Numbered from the stretch's first letter, positions 50,027 through 60,351 are shown. The stretch: DNA of 64,000 nucleotides from a bacterium (GCA_965261595.1 CBDHDG010000004.1:224001-288000); one strand, 5' to 3'. Notes: generated by a model not told the origin, from the sequence alone. Program-made: numbers and translations.

Positions 50027-52171
50027 ATGCGCCTGTTCGCCGCTCTGTGCGTGGGCGCGTCGGTCTTCGCCGGGATCTCGATCCTTTGGGCGCTCGATCT
50101 GTTCGAGCTCGCCGAGCTGAAAGCGCTGGATCACCACTTCGTTCGCTACGCCAACCCTGAAAAGGCAAACCGCGACATCGTCGTCGTCGCCATTGATGAA
50201 GCCAGCCTGGACCATTTCGAAGACCAGTTGGGCCGCTGGCCGTGGCCAAGAACGGTGCACGCCTATGTGGTGGATTTCCTCAAGATGGGCGGCGCAAAGC
50301 GCATTGCCTTCGATATCCTGTTCCTGGAGCCCGACAAGTCCAGCGACGAGGACGACGAGAACTTCGCCGCGTCGCTGAAAAAAGCGGGAAACGTTATTTT
50401 GCCGATGTTGTTCGACAAGAAGACGTCCGGTGGGCGCGCGGCGCGCTCCTCTCCCGCCGCCGCCCGTTGGCGGGTGAGATCGGCTGTGAACATCCTGGGG
50501 CGCGACGGCTCGCGGGCCCTTCCGTACAGCGGCGCGAACCTGCCCATCCCGGCGCTGCTCGATTCGGCCGAGGGGATCGGGTCCATCAATCTTCAGTCCG
50601 ACCCGGACGGCCCAAGTCGCAGGCTGAAGCCGTTGTTCCTTTATCAAAAGCGTCGCTATGCCGTGTTCCCGCTGACTATCGCCATGCGGGTTCTCGGGAC
50701 GCGGAGCGTCCGGTTCACCCGGGCGGGGGAGCTGGCCGTCGGCGGCGTCAAGATACCGCTGAACCGCCGGGGCGAGATGATCCTGAAGTGGCACGGACCT
50801 TCAGACCGGATTCACCCCATTTATCCCATCGCCAAGGTTCTCTCTTCGTTCAAGCAGATCCACGACGGGAAAAAACCCGACCTGGACCCGAAGGTCTTCA
50901 AAGACAAGATCGTCCTCATCGCCGGAACCGCCGCCGGCACTTACGACTTGCGGGTGACGCCCTACTCTTCCAAGATGCCGGGCGTGTTCATCCATATCGC
51001 CGCCCTGGACAACATTCTGGCCGGAGACTTCCTGCGCGAGACGCGGGGAAAAGTCGCCCTGGGCGCGCTGGCGCTGTTGTGCCTGCTGACGGCGGTCACG
51101 CTGGTCGCCTTCTCGACCTTCCGGGTCAAGATCGCGCTGGTCCTCGCCTACGCGGCCGGTTATTACGGGCTTTCGATTTGGCTCTTTCGCGCGGCGGGCC
51201 GCTGGGTGGACCTGGTCACGCCGGAAACCGGCGTCTTCGCGACCTTCCTGGCCGTCTCCGTCCTGGAATATTTCACCGAGGGCAAGCGCAAGCGGCAGGT
51301 CAAGCACATTTTCCAGCACTACATGACCCCCACGGTTGTCGAAAAATTATTGGAGAACCCCGACGACGTGAAACTCGGCGGGGAAAAGAAAGAGCTGACC
51401 GTGTTCTTCTCCGACCTGAAAGGTTTCACCTCGATTTCCGAAGGCCTGACACCGGAAAGACTCGTCCTCCTGCTGAACCGTTACCTCACGGCGATGACCG
51501 ACATCATCCTCGCGCACGAGGGATACCTGGATAAATATGAAGGCGACGCCATCATGGCCGTCTTCGGGACGCCGCTGGATCAGCCGAGACACGCGACGCT
51601 GGCCTGTCACGCGGCGCTGGAGAACCAGCAGAAGCTCGAATCCCTCCGCGTGGAGCTTCTCAGCGAAGGGTTTCCCGAGCTCCGTTGCCGGATCGGCCTG
51701 AATTCGGGTCCCATGGCCGTCGGGAACATGGGGTCGCAAAGCCGGATGGACTATACGGTCATGGGAGACGCCGTCAACCTGGGCGCCCGCCTCGAAGGGG
51801 CCGGCAAACAGTACGGCACGGAGATCCTCATCGGGGAGACCACCTACGCCCTCGCGAAAGAGGACATCGAGGCCCGGGAGATCGACCTGATTCGGGTCCA
51901 GGGAAAAAAGGCCCCCGTCCGGGTCTACGAGCTGTTATCCAAGAAGGGCGAGCTGCCGCCCGAGAGGGCCGGGCTGCTTGAGGACTACCGCAAAGGGCTC
52001 GCCGCCTACCGGCAAAAGGAGTGGGAGGAAGCGACCCGCCGCTTCGGGGCCGTGCTGGAGAAAAACCCCCACGACGGTCCCTCCCGGGTGTACATGGAGC
52101 GATGCGAAGAATTTCTGCGAACCCCGCCCGCCGGTGATTGGGACGGCGTTTACGAGATGAAAACCAAATGA
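50027..52171 (+). CDS. CHASE2-domain class III adenylate cyclase with C-terminal TPR-like tail
   Basis: IVVVAIDEASL, GRWPWPR, FDILF, three TM helices, FSDLKGFT, DKYEGDA, DYTVMGDAVNLGARLE. Lys/Asp pair indicates ATP specificity. Confidence 0.93.
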   Translation: MRLFAALCVGASVFAGISILWALDLFELAELKALDHHFVRYANPEKANRDIVVVAIDEASLDHFEDQLGRWPWPRTVHAYVVDFLKMGGAKRIAFDILFLEPDKSSDEDDENFAASLKKAGNVILPMLFDKKTSGGRAARSSPAAARWRVRSAVNILGRDGSRALPYSGANLPIPALLDSAEGIGSINLQSDPDGPSRRLKPLFLYQKRRYAVFPLTIAMRVLGTRSVRFTRAGELAVGGVKIPLNRRGEMILKWHGPSDRIHPIYPIAKVLSSFKQIHDGKKPDLDPKVFKDKIVLIAGTAAGTYDLRVTPYSSKMPGVFIHIAALDNILAGDFLRETRGKVALGALALLCLLTAVTLVAFSTFRVKIALVLAYAAGYYGLSIWLFRAAGRWVDLVTPETGVFATFLAVSVLEYFTEGKRKRQVKHIFQHYMTPTVVEKLLENPDDVKLGGEKKELTVFFSDLKGFTSISEGLTPERLVLLLNRYLTAMTDIILAHEGYLDKYEGDAIMAVFGTPLDQPRHATLACHAALENQQKLESLRVELLSEGFPELRCRIGLNSGPMAVGNMGSQSRMDYTVMGDAVNLGARLEGAGKQYGTEILIGETTYALAKEDIEAREIDLIRVQGKKAPVRVYELLSKKGELPPERAGLLEDYRKGLAAYRQKEWEEATRRFGAVLEKNPHDGPSRVYMERCEEFLRTPPAGDWDGVYEMKTK

Positions 52172-52221
52172 GGAACCGCCGTCGAGGTTCTCAAGACCCC
52201 TTTTCGCGGAAGGAGACACCC

Positions 52222-52734
52222 GTGAAGCGAATCATTTTTGTCAGCGCGGTATCGGCCGCCCTAATCGCGGCCGGATGGGCCGCGGTCCCGGAGGCCCTGG
52301 CGGAGACCGTCTACGTCCGCGCCCGCTCCGCCAAGATCCGCTCCGGCCGGACGGCCCTGGACCGGGTGGTGGAGCGGGTCCGCCGCGGCACGCCCCTCGA
52401 GGTCCTCGAAAAGGACGGGCGCTGGCTCCTGGTGAAAACGCCGAAGGACAACGAAGGCTGGGTCTACGCGTCCCGCACCAGCCCGGAAGAGCCGGAGAAG
52501 GACGGCGGGCTGCTGGCCCTTATCGGGAAGGAGTTCCGGAGAGACGCCGCCGGAACGGCCGCCTCGGCCGGCGCGCGCGGGCTGGACAAGGTGGCCGAAG
52601 ACTACGCCCGGCGGACCGGCGTCACGGCCGCCCACATTGCCGCCATCAACCGGATGGAAAAGTTCTCGGCCCGGATCAGCGAGGGGCAAGTGGAAGGCTT
52701 TCTCCGCAAGGGGAAGGTGGGGGAATATCGATGA
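52222..52734 (+). CDS. Exported SH3 (SH3_3)-domain protein
   Basis: AGGAG RBS, GTG start, signal peptide ending ALA, LEVLEKDGRWLLV...GWV, ASAGARGL motif. Confidence 0.8.
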   Translation: MKRIIFVSAVSAALIAAGWAAVPEALAETVYVRARSAKIRSGRTALDRVVERVRRGTPLEVLEKDGRWLLVKTPKDNEGWVYASRTSPEEPEKDGGLLALIGKEFRRDAAGTAASAGARGLDKVAEDYARRTGVTAAHIAAINRMEKFSARISEGQVEGFLRKGKVGEYR

Positions 52735-53564
52735 GACACCTGGAATTTTTGAAAAGAGCGCTTCTCTCGATGTTTGCCGTCCTCGTCCTGGCCTCCTGCG
52801 CCGAGGTCGAGAAAGGCGTCGAGTTCATCAAAACCGAAAAGGGACAGCAGATCATCAAGGGCGCGGGGTCCGCCGTAAGCGGCCTCCTGCCCATCGGCGC
52901 GCGGGAAGAAAGGGCCATCGGCGGCGCCCTCGCCTCCCAGGTCGTCGCCCGGTACGGCGGCCTGGTCCGGAACCGCTCCCTGCTCAGGTACGTCAACCTG
53001 GTCGGGAAGGCCGTCGCCATGACCTCGGACTGGCCGGAGATCGATTACACCTTCGGCGTCCTCAACAACAACAAGGTGAACGCCTTCGCCGCTCCGGGCG
53101 GTTACGTGTTCGTGACCAAGGGGCTCTTGCGCCGCGTTCAGAGCGAAGCCGAGCTGGCGTGCGTCCTGGGTCATGAAATCGCCCACGTCACGGAAAAGCA
53201 CATCCTCAACGTCATCCGCCGCAGCCGGGCCATCTCCGGACTGGCCCAAGTGACGCTGGCCTCGCTGGACAAAAACCCCGAGGCGTTCGACGAGATGATC
53301 AAGGAAGGAATGAAATCGCTCTTCGAAAACGGCCTCGACCAAAACCTGGAATTCGAGGCGGACCGCGTAGGCGCGGACTACTGCACCCGCGTCGGTTACG
53401 ACCCCGCCGGCGCGCGGCAATACCTTTTGACGATCCAGTCGCTCCGCCCGAGGGAGGCGGACATCGTCCTGGAATCCACGCACCCCTCCGGCCGGGAACG
53501 GTTGGACGAGCTGGACGAGTTCCTGCTCAAAGTGGAGCCCCCCCCGGCGGCTGGTCCATGCTGA
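52731..53564 (+). CDS. M48-family metallopeptidase lipoprotein (C-terminus may extend to 53605 across a C8 frameshift)
   Basis: Lipobox LASC, NAFAAPGG, HEIAH, EFEAD, GYDP, STHP. ATGA overlap with the SH3 gene. Confidence 0.9.
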   Translation: MRHLEFLKRALLSMFAVLVLASCAEVEKGVEFIKTEKGQQIIKGAGSAVSGLLPIGAREERAIGGALASQVVARYGGLVRNRSLLRYVNLVGKAVAMTSDWPEIDYTFGVLNNNKVNAFAAPGGYVFVTKGLLRRVQSEAELACVLGHEIAHVTEKHILNVIRRSRAISGLAQVTLASLDKNPEAFDEMIKEGMKSLFENGLDQNLEFEADRVGADYCTRVGYDPAGARQYLLTIQSLRPREADIVLESTHPSGRERLDELDEFLLKVEPPPAAGPC

Positions 53565-53698
53565 CGGGCCGCTACCGCCGCGCAAAGGCGCGCGGGAGGA
53601 TTTAGACGTGGATAAAGGCTTCTTCCCGAACGAATGATATCCTGAAAGGGAGAAAGAGGTCCCCCGGACGTCAGAGGCGGCCCCTCGAAGAGGCGATG

Positions 53699-54592
53699 TC
53701 ACTTTACAAGCGCTCCTTCGTGAACATGCTCCTCGACCTCTTCGGCGTCCGTCAGGCCTGTTCCATTGTAGCCCTGCTTCGCCACGAGGCCGAACTTACC
53801 CGCGGGCGACATCGCCTCACTGGGCAGCGTTTGCCCGTCATCATCCCCGTTAAGCTTCTCACCCTCTTCGACTTCGGGCTCCATCCGAGCATGTGACAGC
53901 AACTGGGGTTCGGCGACGTAGTCCCCATTTTCCATGACCTGACCCCTTTCCTGCTCAGCCCGCTCGCTTTCCTGGCGTTCTCGAACCGCTCGGCTCCAAC
54001 TTAAGAAATCACCGGGTGAAGGATGCCCGGGTGGAGAGGCGCGCAAAACTTCCCATACCAACCAGCCCAGAACGATTGCGGCCAAAGTTCCATACGTCAC
54101 CAGGTTACCAACAAGAACACCGAACTTCACATTTTGAGATTCGAACCCATCCAACATGCGTATTGCGATCTGGTATTCGATGAACCACGAGACGTAAAAG
54201 AAGGATATCAAGAGCAAAAAGGATCCAGCGGCAAACACCCAGCGCTTCGGTTCTTTAGCCCCCTCGTAGAACAGAAACCATATAACCCCGGGCGCCATCT
54301 CGGAGGGGAATATTGCGAGTGGAAGCAGAAGAACCCATGTGACGGGAACGCCGATCAGCGTAGAGGCCACATTGGCAACCGATACGACCCATACGGAGTA
54401 CCACGCAGAGGCGCCGATCCATGACCACAGCACGTATGATTCGATGGCGATGATCGGCAAAAGGGCCACAATCATGGCAGGCAAAGTAACGAAGATCATG
54501 GGTATAACGACGTTCGCATGGGCCGGCGTTGGCGCCAAAAATACCATGGCAAGGAGCACCAACAAGGTCCGTGTCAAATTCTTAAGGCTCAT
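53699..54592 (-). CDS. Hypothetical multi-pass membrane protein
   Basis: Signal-like N-terminus (AHA), 4-5 TM helices, acidic tail, GGAG RBS. Confidence 0.7.
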   Translation of the reverse strand: MSLKNLTRTLLVLLAMVFLAPTPAHANVVIPMIFVTLPAMIVALLPIIAIESYVLWSWIGASAWYSVWVVSVANVASTLIGVPVTWVLLLPLAIFPSEMAPGVIWFLFYEGAKEPKRWVFAAGSFLLLISFFYVSWFIEYQIAIRMLDGFESQNVKFGVLVGNLVTYGTLAAIVLGWLVWEVLRASPPGHPSPGDFLSWSRAVRERQESERAEQERGQVMENGDYVAEPQLLSHARMEPEVEEGEKLNGDDDGQTLPSEAMSPAGKFGLVAKQGYNGTGLTDAEEVEEHVHEGALVK

Positions 54593-54613
54593 GGCAAACA
54601 TCTCCGATTTTGT

Positions 54614-55615
54614 TCATAGCCCGAATGCGCGCGTCACGAACTCACGCATGTCTTGCATGGCCTTTTTCTTCGCGGGACCATTCCGCCCGGCGAGGACGCC
54701 CCGCGTCGAGCAAGCGGAAAGGGCCTTCCTCCTGTTCTTGAGGGTGTCCAAAGCCAACCCACTGGTCTTTTCAATCGTCGTTCCATCCGGCTGAATCTCA
54801 AAACGGCACTTTGTGATGTTGAAGGCTCGCTCAATTCGGTGGAGAGGCTTCTCGCCGTCAAAGCTGTGATATGCACCCGGATACACGGTGATTTTCGCGT
54901 CGTACCCGGCGGTCTTGAGCGCTTCCGTAAGCTCAACGCAGGGCTTGGCGGGCGTCCACTCGTCCAGCTCCCCGCTAAGGATCAGAATGGGAGCGCCCGT
55001 GAAACGGAGCGGCTTGAACATCCCGCAGGGAGGGTAGAAAGGAAGGTGCAGGGCGAACATCAAGTCGACTCCTACTGCCGCCTTTCTGAGCGGGTCCCAG
55101 GCGGTGAACAACGCAACCGCCCCCCCTTTCGACGCGCCCATGATGCCGATGCGTTTTGGGTCGATGCGCGGATGGGTGCTGAGGAGTCTCAGCGCATGGA
55201 AAGCGTCGGAGATCATCATCGCCTCGGTCACAGAAACCTGTTCGCCGACGGTGCCGGTCACTCCTCTCGGGCGGAAACTGTCCGCCCTGAAAATCGCCAC
55301 ACCCATCCTGCCGAGTTCCCGAAGGTAGCGTTCGTGTTTTGGCATCCACCCGCCGCTGCCATGGACGAAGACCATGGCCGGCACTTTCCCCTTCGCGCCT
55401 TTGGGGAGCTTGAGGTCACCGAACACCACAACCTTTCGAGCCTTCCCGCTTCCGTCGAGAATGTGCTTGAAATCGTAGGGGCTCGTGCTTTCGAAGTGGA
55501 TCCTTCCCGTCTCTCCCCCGGCCAGGGTTTCCAGACCCTTTTTGGAAGCGGGCTGACAACCCGTCAGAAGGATTGAGGCGATCACCCCTATCATCAGTTT
55601 TCCCGCATTTGTCAT
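54614..55615 (-). CDS. Dienelactone hydrolase family (alpha/beta hydrolase) lipoprotein
   Basis: Lipobox LTGC, HGSGG, GASKGG nucleophile elbow, GELD, AYHSFD. Confidence 0.88.
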   Translation of the reverse strand: MTNAGKLMIGVIASILLTGCQPASKKGLETLAGGETGRIHFESTSPYDFKHILDGSGKARKVVVFGDLKLPKGAKGKVPAMVFVHGSGGWMPKHERYLRELGRMGVAIFRADSFRPRGVTGTVGEQVSVTEAMMISDAFHALRLLSTHPRIDPKRIGIMGASKGGAVALFTAWDPLRKAAVGVDLMFALHLPFYPPCGMFKPLRFTGAPILILSGELDEWTPAKPCVELTEALKTAGYDAKITVYPGAYHSFDGEKPLHRIERAFNITKCRFEIQPDGTTIEKTSGLALDTLKNRRKALSACSTRGVLAGRNGPAKKKAMQDMREFVTRAFGL

Positions 55616-55701
55616 TTCTTGTTCTCCCAATTGTTTTGTTCTCTTCATCAACCGGGAACAGAAGACATGCCGGGATCCCGATCGGATTCCAGTGTGCGAC
55701 A

Positions 55702-55971
55702 CTACCCGCCAGGAATGAAGCCTTCCAGGCCTTCGAAAATGGATTCAAAGGTGACCTGACCGTCAAATCCGTCAGTGCCGATTTCCTCGTCCTCGACAGT
55801 GCCTACACCCGACAGGAACTGCATCGACACTTCTTCCGCCTGAGTCTGGTCCACCCATGCGTCGAAGCCGTCGCCCTTCAGTTCCGAGACGAAGCCGACC
55901 CAAGACCAGAAAACGACAGTCACCAGGACCACCAGGAATACCCACTTGAATACGCCAACGATCCAGCTCAT
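55702..55971 (-). CDS. Small single-pass membrane protein (89 aa)
   Basis: GGAGG RBS, one TM helix, acidic tail. First gene after the sigma54 promoter. Confidence 0.65.
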   Translation of the reverse strand: MSWIVGVFKWVFLVVLVTVVFWSWVGFVSELKGDGFDAWVDQTQAEEVSMQFLSGVGTVEDEEIGTDGFDGQVTFESIFEGLEGFIPGG

Positions 55972-56009
55972 GGTCTTTCCCTCCCCTCAATTTCTACCAG
56001 TGACATAAG

Positions 56010-56024
56010 GCAAAGGGTGTGCCA
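56010..56024 (-). promoter_or_regulatory. Sigma54 -24/-12 promoter
   Basis: TGGCAC-ACCCT-TTGC on the minus strand, matching consensus, about 40 nt upstream of ATG 55971. Confidence 0.85.
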
Positions 56025-56053
56025 CGAGCTTTATTCTTAGAAAACTGTTATTA

Positions 56054-56066
56054 AATCAATAGGTTA
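56054..56066 (+). promoter_or_regulatory. IHF binding site
   Basis: AATCAATAGGTTA matches WATCAANNNNTTR, between the sigma54 promoter and the candidate UAS. Confidence 0.7.
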
Positions 56067-56091
56067 GATGATAAGACTCCTCCGCGGCGCT

Positions 56092-56114
56092 TCAATATAA
56101 CCGCAAGATATTGA
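56092..56114. promoter_or_regulatory. Candidate upstream activator sequence
   Basis: TCAATAT-N9-ATATTGA inverted repeat. Confidence 0.45.
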
Positions 56115-56166
56115 CCTTTTATGTATTTAGATATCCATTGAATGTACATAACTTGAGGAGGCTGCT

Positions 56167-57712
56167 ATGCCATTCCTGACGCCAACCGAGCGGACTTTCT
56201 TACAAAGCAGTATCCAAGCTGGCCACGTGCAACCCCTTCCTTCCAGAACGCATCGAGTACCGTCGCGAGGCACTCGGTTCGGACTTCCGCGAAGAAGACC
56301 CCGTCTTTCGGATGCCGGTGGACAGACCCGACACCCCTCACGTCAACTTTTTAAAAATCAACGAGCGCTGCGACACGCTTGTGACGAGAATGCGGGAGGG
56401 TCTCACCGAAGGCGCGACCGCCACCCAACAGGAACTGGGGCTCTATGAAGTCGTTACCCTCTGGCTGCTGTGGCGCCGCTACAGTGATCACTTCCAAAGG
56501 GCCGTCGTCCAATCCCTGGAGGGGAAGGTCGGGCAAGGGGGATTCGGCTTCTATGATGAGTTTCTACGGGACTTTCGTGATGGCCTTCACATTCCCGGTG
56601 TCCTGCTGCCGACGAAGCACGAAGCGCCTCATCTTTTTGCTTTCTATTTTCAAATTTGCCGAGCGTTTCATCATATTTTCAGCTACATCATCGGGGGCTC
56701 GATGGCGGCGGCCCGACTCCGCGCCGCTGTCTGGCAGTCAATCTTCACGCACGACATACGGCGGCACCGCGATGGGCTCTACAAGCGGATGGGCGATGTA
56801 ACCACCCTCATCACGGGTCCGTCGAGGACGGGGAAGGAGCTCGTCGCACAAGCCATCGGCCTGTCCTGCTACATTCCCTTCGACCCGAAAAGGTTGGCGT
56901 TTGCAGAAGATTTCTCTCAATCCTTTCACGCGCTGAATCTGTCCGCCCTGTCCCCCACGCTCATTGAGTCAGAGTTGTTTGGCCATCGGCGGGGTGCGTT
57001 TACGGGGGCTTTACAGGATAAACAAGGGTGGCTCGAGATCTGCCGGCCCGGCGGGGCGGTCTTCCTGGATGAAATCGGCGACCTCGACGCATCGATACAG
57101 GTCAAGCTCCTTCGGGTGCTTCAAACGCGCGGATTTCAGGCGGTAGGCGACACGAAAGAGCGGAAGTTTCAGGGGAAGATCATTTCCGCGACCAATCGCG
57201 ACCTGGCCGAAGCCATACAGAAGGGAGAATTCCGGGAGGACTTTTACTATCGTCTATGTTCGGACGTGATTGCAACCCCCCCTCTTCACGAGCAACTGCG
57301 CGAGTCTCCCGCCGAGCTCAAGGAACTCCTGCTGTTCATCGCTCGACGTGTGGCCGATGCGGATGCCGAGGCGCTTGCGGAGGAGGTGGAGGTCTGGATC
57401 CTCGAAAACCTGGGGATCGACTATCAGTGGCCGGGGAATATCCGGGAGTTGGAGCAGTGCGTGCGTAGCGTGCTCATCCGGAAGGAGTACCGGCCGCTGA
57501 AGGGACGTGCGCTTCCGGCCCGGGAGGAATTTCTGAGGGCCGTCAGCAGTGGAACGCTGACGGCCGATGAGCTCTTACGAGGGTACTGCACCTGCGTGCA
57601 CTCGCGGACGGGTAATTACCAGGAGACGGCGCGCCGCTTGGGCCTGGATCGCCGAACCGTCAAGAGCAAGATTGATCTTCAGCTTCTTCATCAATTGGGG
57701 TCAATTGAATAG
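56167..57712 (+). CDS. Sigma54-dependent enhancer-binding protein, frameshift near 56205 and altered Walker A
   Basis: GAGGAGG RBS at ATG 56167. GPSRTGKE, ESELFGH, GAFTGA, FLDEIG, SATNRDL, WPGNIREL, C-terminal HTH. Confidence 0.88.
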
Positions 57713-57803
57713 AAGGGACGGCCAGCCCGCATTTCTCACAAATAGTGGAGTTGACCCGGTTTGGTGGACACCTGATGATTTGGGGGTAAAGGAGGTGTTC
57801 ACG

Positions 57804-58118
57804 ATGCCACAGACTCACCCACGCTATCCAATGGAGTTCCGCTGCCAGATGGTAGAGTTGGTCCGGGCGGGACGCACGCCCGAGGCGCTGGCGCACGAGT
57901 TCGAGCCCTCGGCGCAGACGATCCGCACCTGGGCCCATCAAGCCGACGTTGACGAGGGGCGTCGCAAAGACGGGCTCACGAGCGATGAGCGGGAGGAGTT
58001 GCGCCGACTTCGCCGCGAGAACCGACAGCTCCGCCAGGAGCGGGAGATCTTAGCAAAAGCCGCGGCCTGGTTTGCTCGGGATACCGATTCGATCCCGTCC
58101 GGATCTACGGGTTCGTGA
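57804..58118 (+). CDS. IS3 transposase OrfA
   Basis: AGGAGG RBS, YPMEFR, HTH, ELRRLRRENRQL...EILAKAAAWF. Confidence 0.9.
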   Translation: MPQTHPRYPMEFRCQMVELVRAGRTPEALAHEFEPSAQTIRTWAHQADVDEGRRKDGLTSDEREELRRLRRENRQLRQEREILAKAAAWFARDTDSIPSGSTGS

Positions 58119-58963
58119 GGGCGAACCAGGCCATGTATCGGACCGCCACCATGTGCCGGGTGCTGGGCGTCTCCTCCAGCGGCTACTACGCGTGGCGCAG
58201 GCGCGCGCCGTGTGCCCGCTCGTGTGCCGATCGGGCGCTCACCAAACGCATTCAGGCGATCCACGAGCGTTCTCGGGGGACTTACGGCGTGCCGCGCGTC
58301 CATGCCGAGTTGGAGGCTGAGGGAGTGCGTGTGGGCCGCAAGCGCGTCGCCAGGCTGATGCGTGGGGCGGGACTTGCGGGCGTCAGTCGGCGCAAGGGAG
58401 CGCGCACGACGCAGCGCCGGCAGGAGGCGCGGCCGGCCCCTGATCTGGTGGACCGCAACTTCACGGCCGAGGCCCCCGACCGGCTGTGGGTGGCCGACAT
58501 CACCTACGTTCCGACATGGGCGGGGTTTTTGTATCTGGCCGTGGCGCTCGATGCGTTCAGCCGGCGCATCGTGGGGTGGTCGATGGCCACACACCTGCGG
58601 GCCGAGTTGGTGCTCGACGCGCTCGACATGGCGCTGTATAAGCGCCGTCCCCGGGCCGTCATCCACCACTCCGACCAGGGCACGCAGTACACCTCGGTCG
58701 CCTTTGGGCAGCGCTGCCGCCAGGCGGGCGGGCGTCCCTCCATGGGTTCGGTCGGGGACTGCTACGACAACGCGCTGTGTGAGAGCTTTTTCGCCACGCT
58801 GGAGTGCGAGCTCCTCGCTCGCCACAGTTTCCGCACCCGGGCCGAGGCGCGCATGGAGGTGTTCGGGTTCATCGAGGGCTTCTACAACCCGCATCGTCGG
58901 CACTCCTCCATCGACAACCTGTCACCCGTTAACTACGAAAGGAGACAACAACGCACACCCTGA
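58115..58963 (+). CDS. IS3 transposase OrfB
   Basis: DDE triad: WVADIT, HHSDQG, DNALCESFF. Confidence 0.92.
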   Translation: MRANQAMYRTATMCRVLGVSSSGYYAWRRRAPCARSCADRALTKRIQAIHERSRGTYGVPRVHAELEAEGVRVGRKRVARLMRGAGLAGVSRRKGARTTQRRQEARPAPDLVDRNFTAEAPDRLWVADITYVPTWAGFLYLAVALDAFSRRIVGWSMATHLRAELVLDALDMALYKRRPRAVIHHSDQGTQYTSVAFGQRCRQAGGRPSMGSVGDCYDNALCESFFATLECELLARHSFRTRAEARMEVFGFIEGFYNPHRRHSSIDNLSPVNYERRQQRTP

Positions 58964-59028
58964 AAACCCAAGTGCTTAACTCTCCACGAAACCGGGGTAA
59001 GTCCAATAGGGTTGCGAGAAATCTCAGC

Positions 59029-60351
59029 CTAAAACCTCTTCCACAACTTCGCCGCGCGCTCTCGCGCCCGGGCGAAAACCTCCTCCTCGTCAATCCCCTG
59101 AAGCTGCCGGTCGCGCATGACGACCCGGCCGCCCACGACGACCGTCCGCGCCTGGAGCCCCGCCCCCCCGTAGAGAAGGTGGCCCCAGAAGTTGTCCGCC
59201 GACAGCGGCGTCGGCGGCCGGTAGTCCGAAACGACGACGTCACCCGCCGCGCCCTCCCGCAGGATTCCGACATCGCATCCCAGGAATCTTGAAGCGATGG
59301 CCGGGTTGCCGGCCGTCAGAAAGTCTTTGACTTCGTCCCAGGCGACGCGCGTGTCCCCGGCCTCGTGCTTCTGCAACAGGTAAGCCGTCATGGCGGCGGC
59401 GTACATGTCCTGCGTCATCCCGTCCGTCCCGAGGCCGGCCTGAATCCCGGTCCACCGCCGAATGGCCGCGCAGCCCACGGCGTTGTTCATATTCGACTGG
59501 GGGTTGTGGACGGCGATGGTTTCGGTCTCGCGCAGCGCGGCCAGGTCCCCTTCGTCCACGTGGATGCAGTGGGCGGCGATGGAGTTTCGCCCCAGCACGC
59601 TGGCGTCGCGCAGGCGTTGAAGGGGGCGCTTGCCGAATCGCTCAAGGCTGTCCGCGACCTCGGGTTCGTGCTCGGAAACGTGGACATGGAATCCCACGTC
59701 CGTCCCCAGCGACCGGCCGGCCTCCAGACAGGCCCGCAGGGTCTCGTCGGAGAGGGTGAGCGGAGCGTGCAGGCCGAAGAGACCGCCGAGGCGCCCGTCC
59801 CGCTCACCTCGCACCCGGTTGAGGAACCGGACGTTTTCCTCGATCCCCGCCTTCATGCCGGCGTCGCCGTTGCGGTCGGTGACTTCGTAGCAGAGAACCC
59901 CGCGCAGACCCGCCTTCCCGAAGGCGTCCGCGAGAACGTCCAGGCTGCCCGCGATGGCGGACGGGCTGGCGTGGTGGTCGATGACGGTGGTGGTCCCGTT
60001 GCGGACGTAGCCGATGAGTCCGACCAAGGCACTGAGCCGGACGTCCTCCAGCTCGAGAACCCGGTCGAGCCGCCACCAGAGCCGCTCCAGGATTTCGACA
60101 AAGGTTTTGGGCGGCTCGTCCTTCAGGCCCATTCCGCGGGCGAAGGCGCTGTAGAGATGCGCGTGCGCGTCAATGAGGCCGGGCAGGATCAACCGGCCCC
60201 CGGCGTCCAGGACCTCCTCCCCGGACTTCGAACCCAGCGAGTCCGCGTCGCCCGCCCCGGCGATCACGCCGGCCTCGATCCGGACGGCGCCGGGGTTGAA
60301 AAACGGACGGGAGGGATCGAACGTCAGGAGAGGTCCGTTGGTGATCAGCAT
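59029..60351 (-). CDS. ssnA: SsnA-like metal-dependent aminohydrolase
   Basis: HAHLYS, LERLWWRLD, DHHASP, CYEVTDR, GLHA, HNPQSNMNNAVG, GTDG. Confidence 0.85.
   Translation of the reverse strand: MLITNGPLLTFDPSRPFFNPGAVRIEAGVIAGAGDADSLGSKSGEEVLDAGGRLILPGLIDAHAHLYSAFARGMGLKDEPPKTFVEILERLWWRLDRVLELEDVRLSALVGLIGYVRNGTTTVIDHHASPSAIAGSLDVLADAFGKAGLRGVLCYEVTDRNGDAGMKAGIEENVRFLNRVRGERDGRLGGLFGLHAPLTLSDETLRACLEAGRSLGTDVGFHVHVSEHEPEVADSLERFGKRPLQRLRDASVLGRNSIAAHCIHVDEGDLAALRETETIAVHNPQSNMNNAVGCAAIRRWTGIQAGLGTDGMTQDMYAAAMTAYLLQKHEAGDTRVAWDEVKDFLTAGNPAIASRFLGCDVGILREGAAGDVVVSDYRPPTPLSADNFWGHLLYGGAGLQARTVVVGGRVVMRDRQLQGIDEEEVFARARERAAKLWKRF

Larger units (their letters stand above)
57746..59005 (+). mobile_element. 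IS3-family insertion sequence (1260 bp), apparently intact
   Basis: TG...CA ends, 25-bp IRs matching at 20/25, ATAG direct repeats at 57742-57745 and 59006-59009. Confidence 0.93.
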
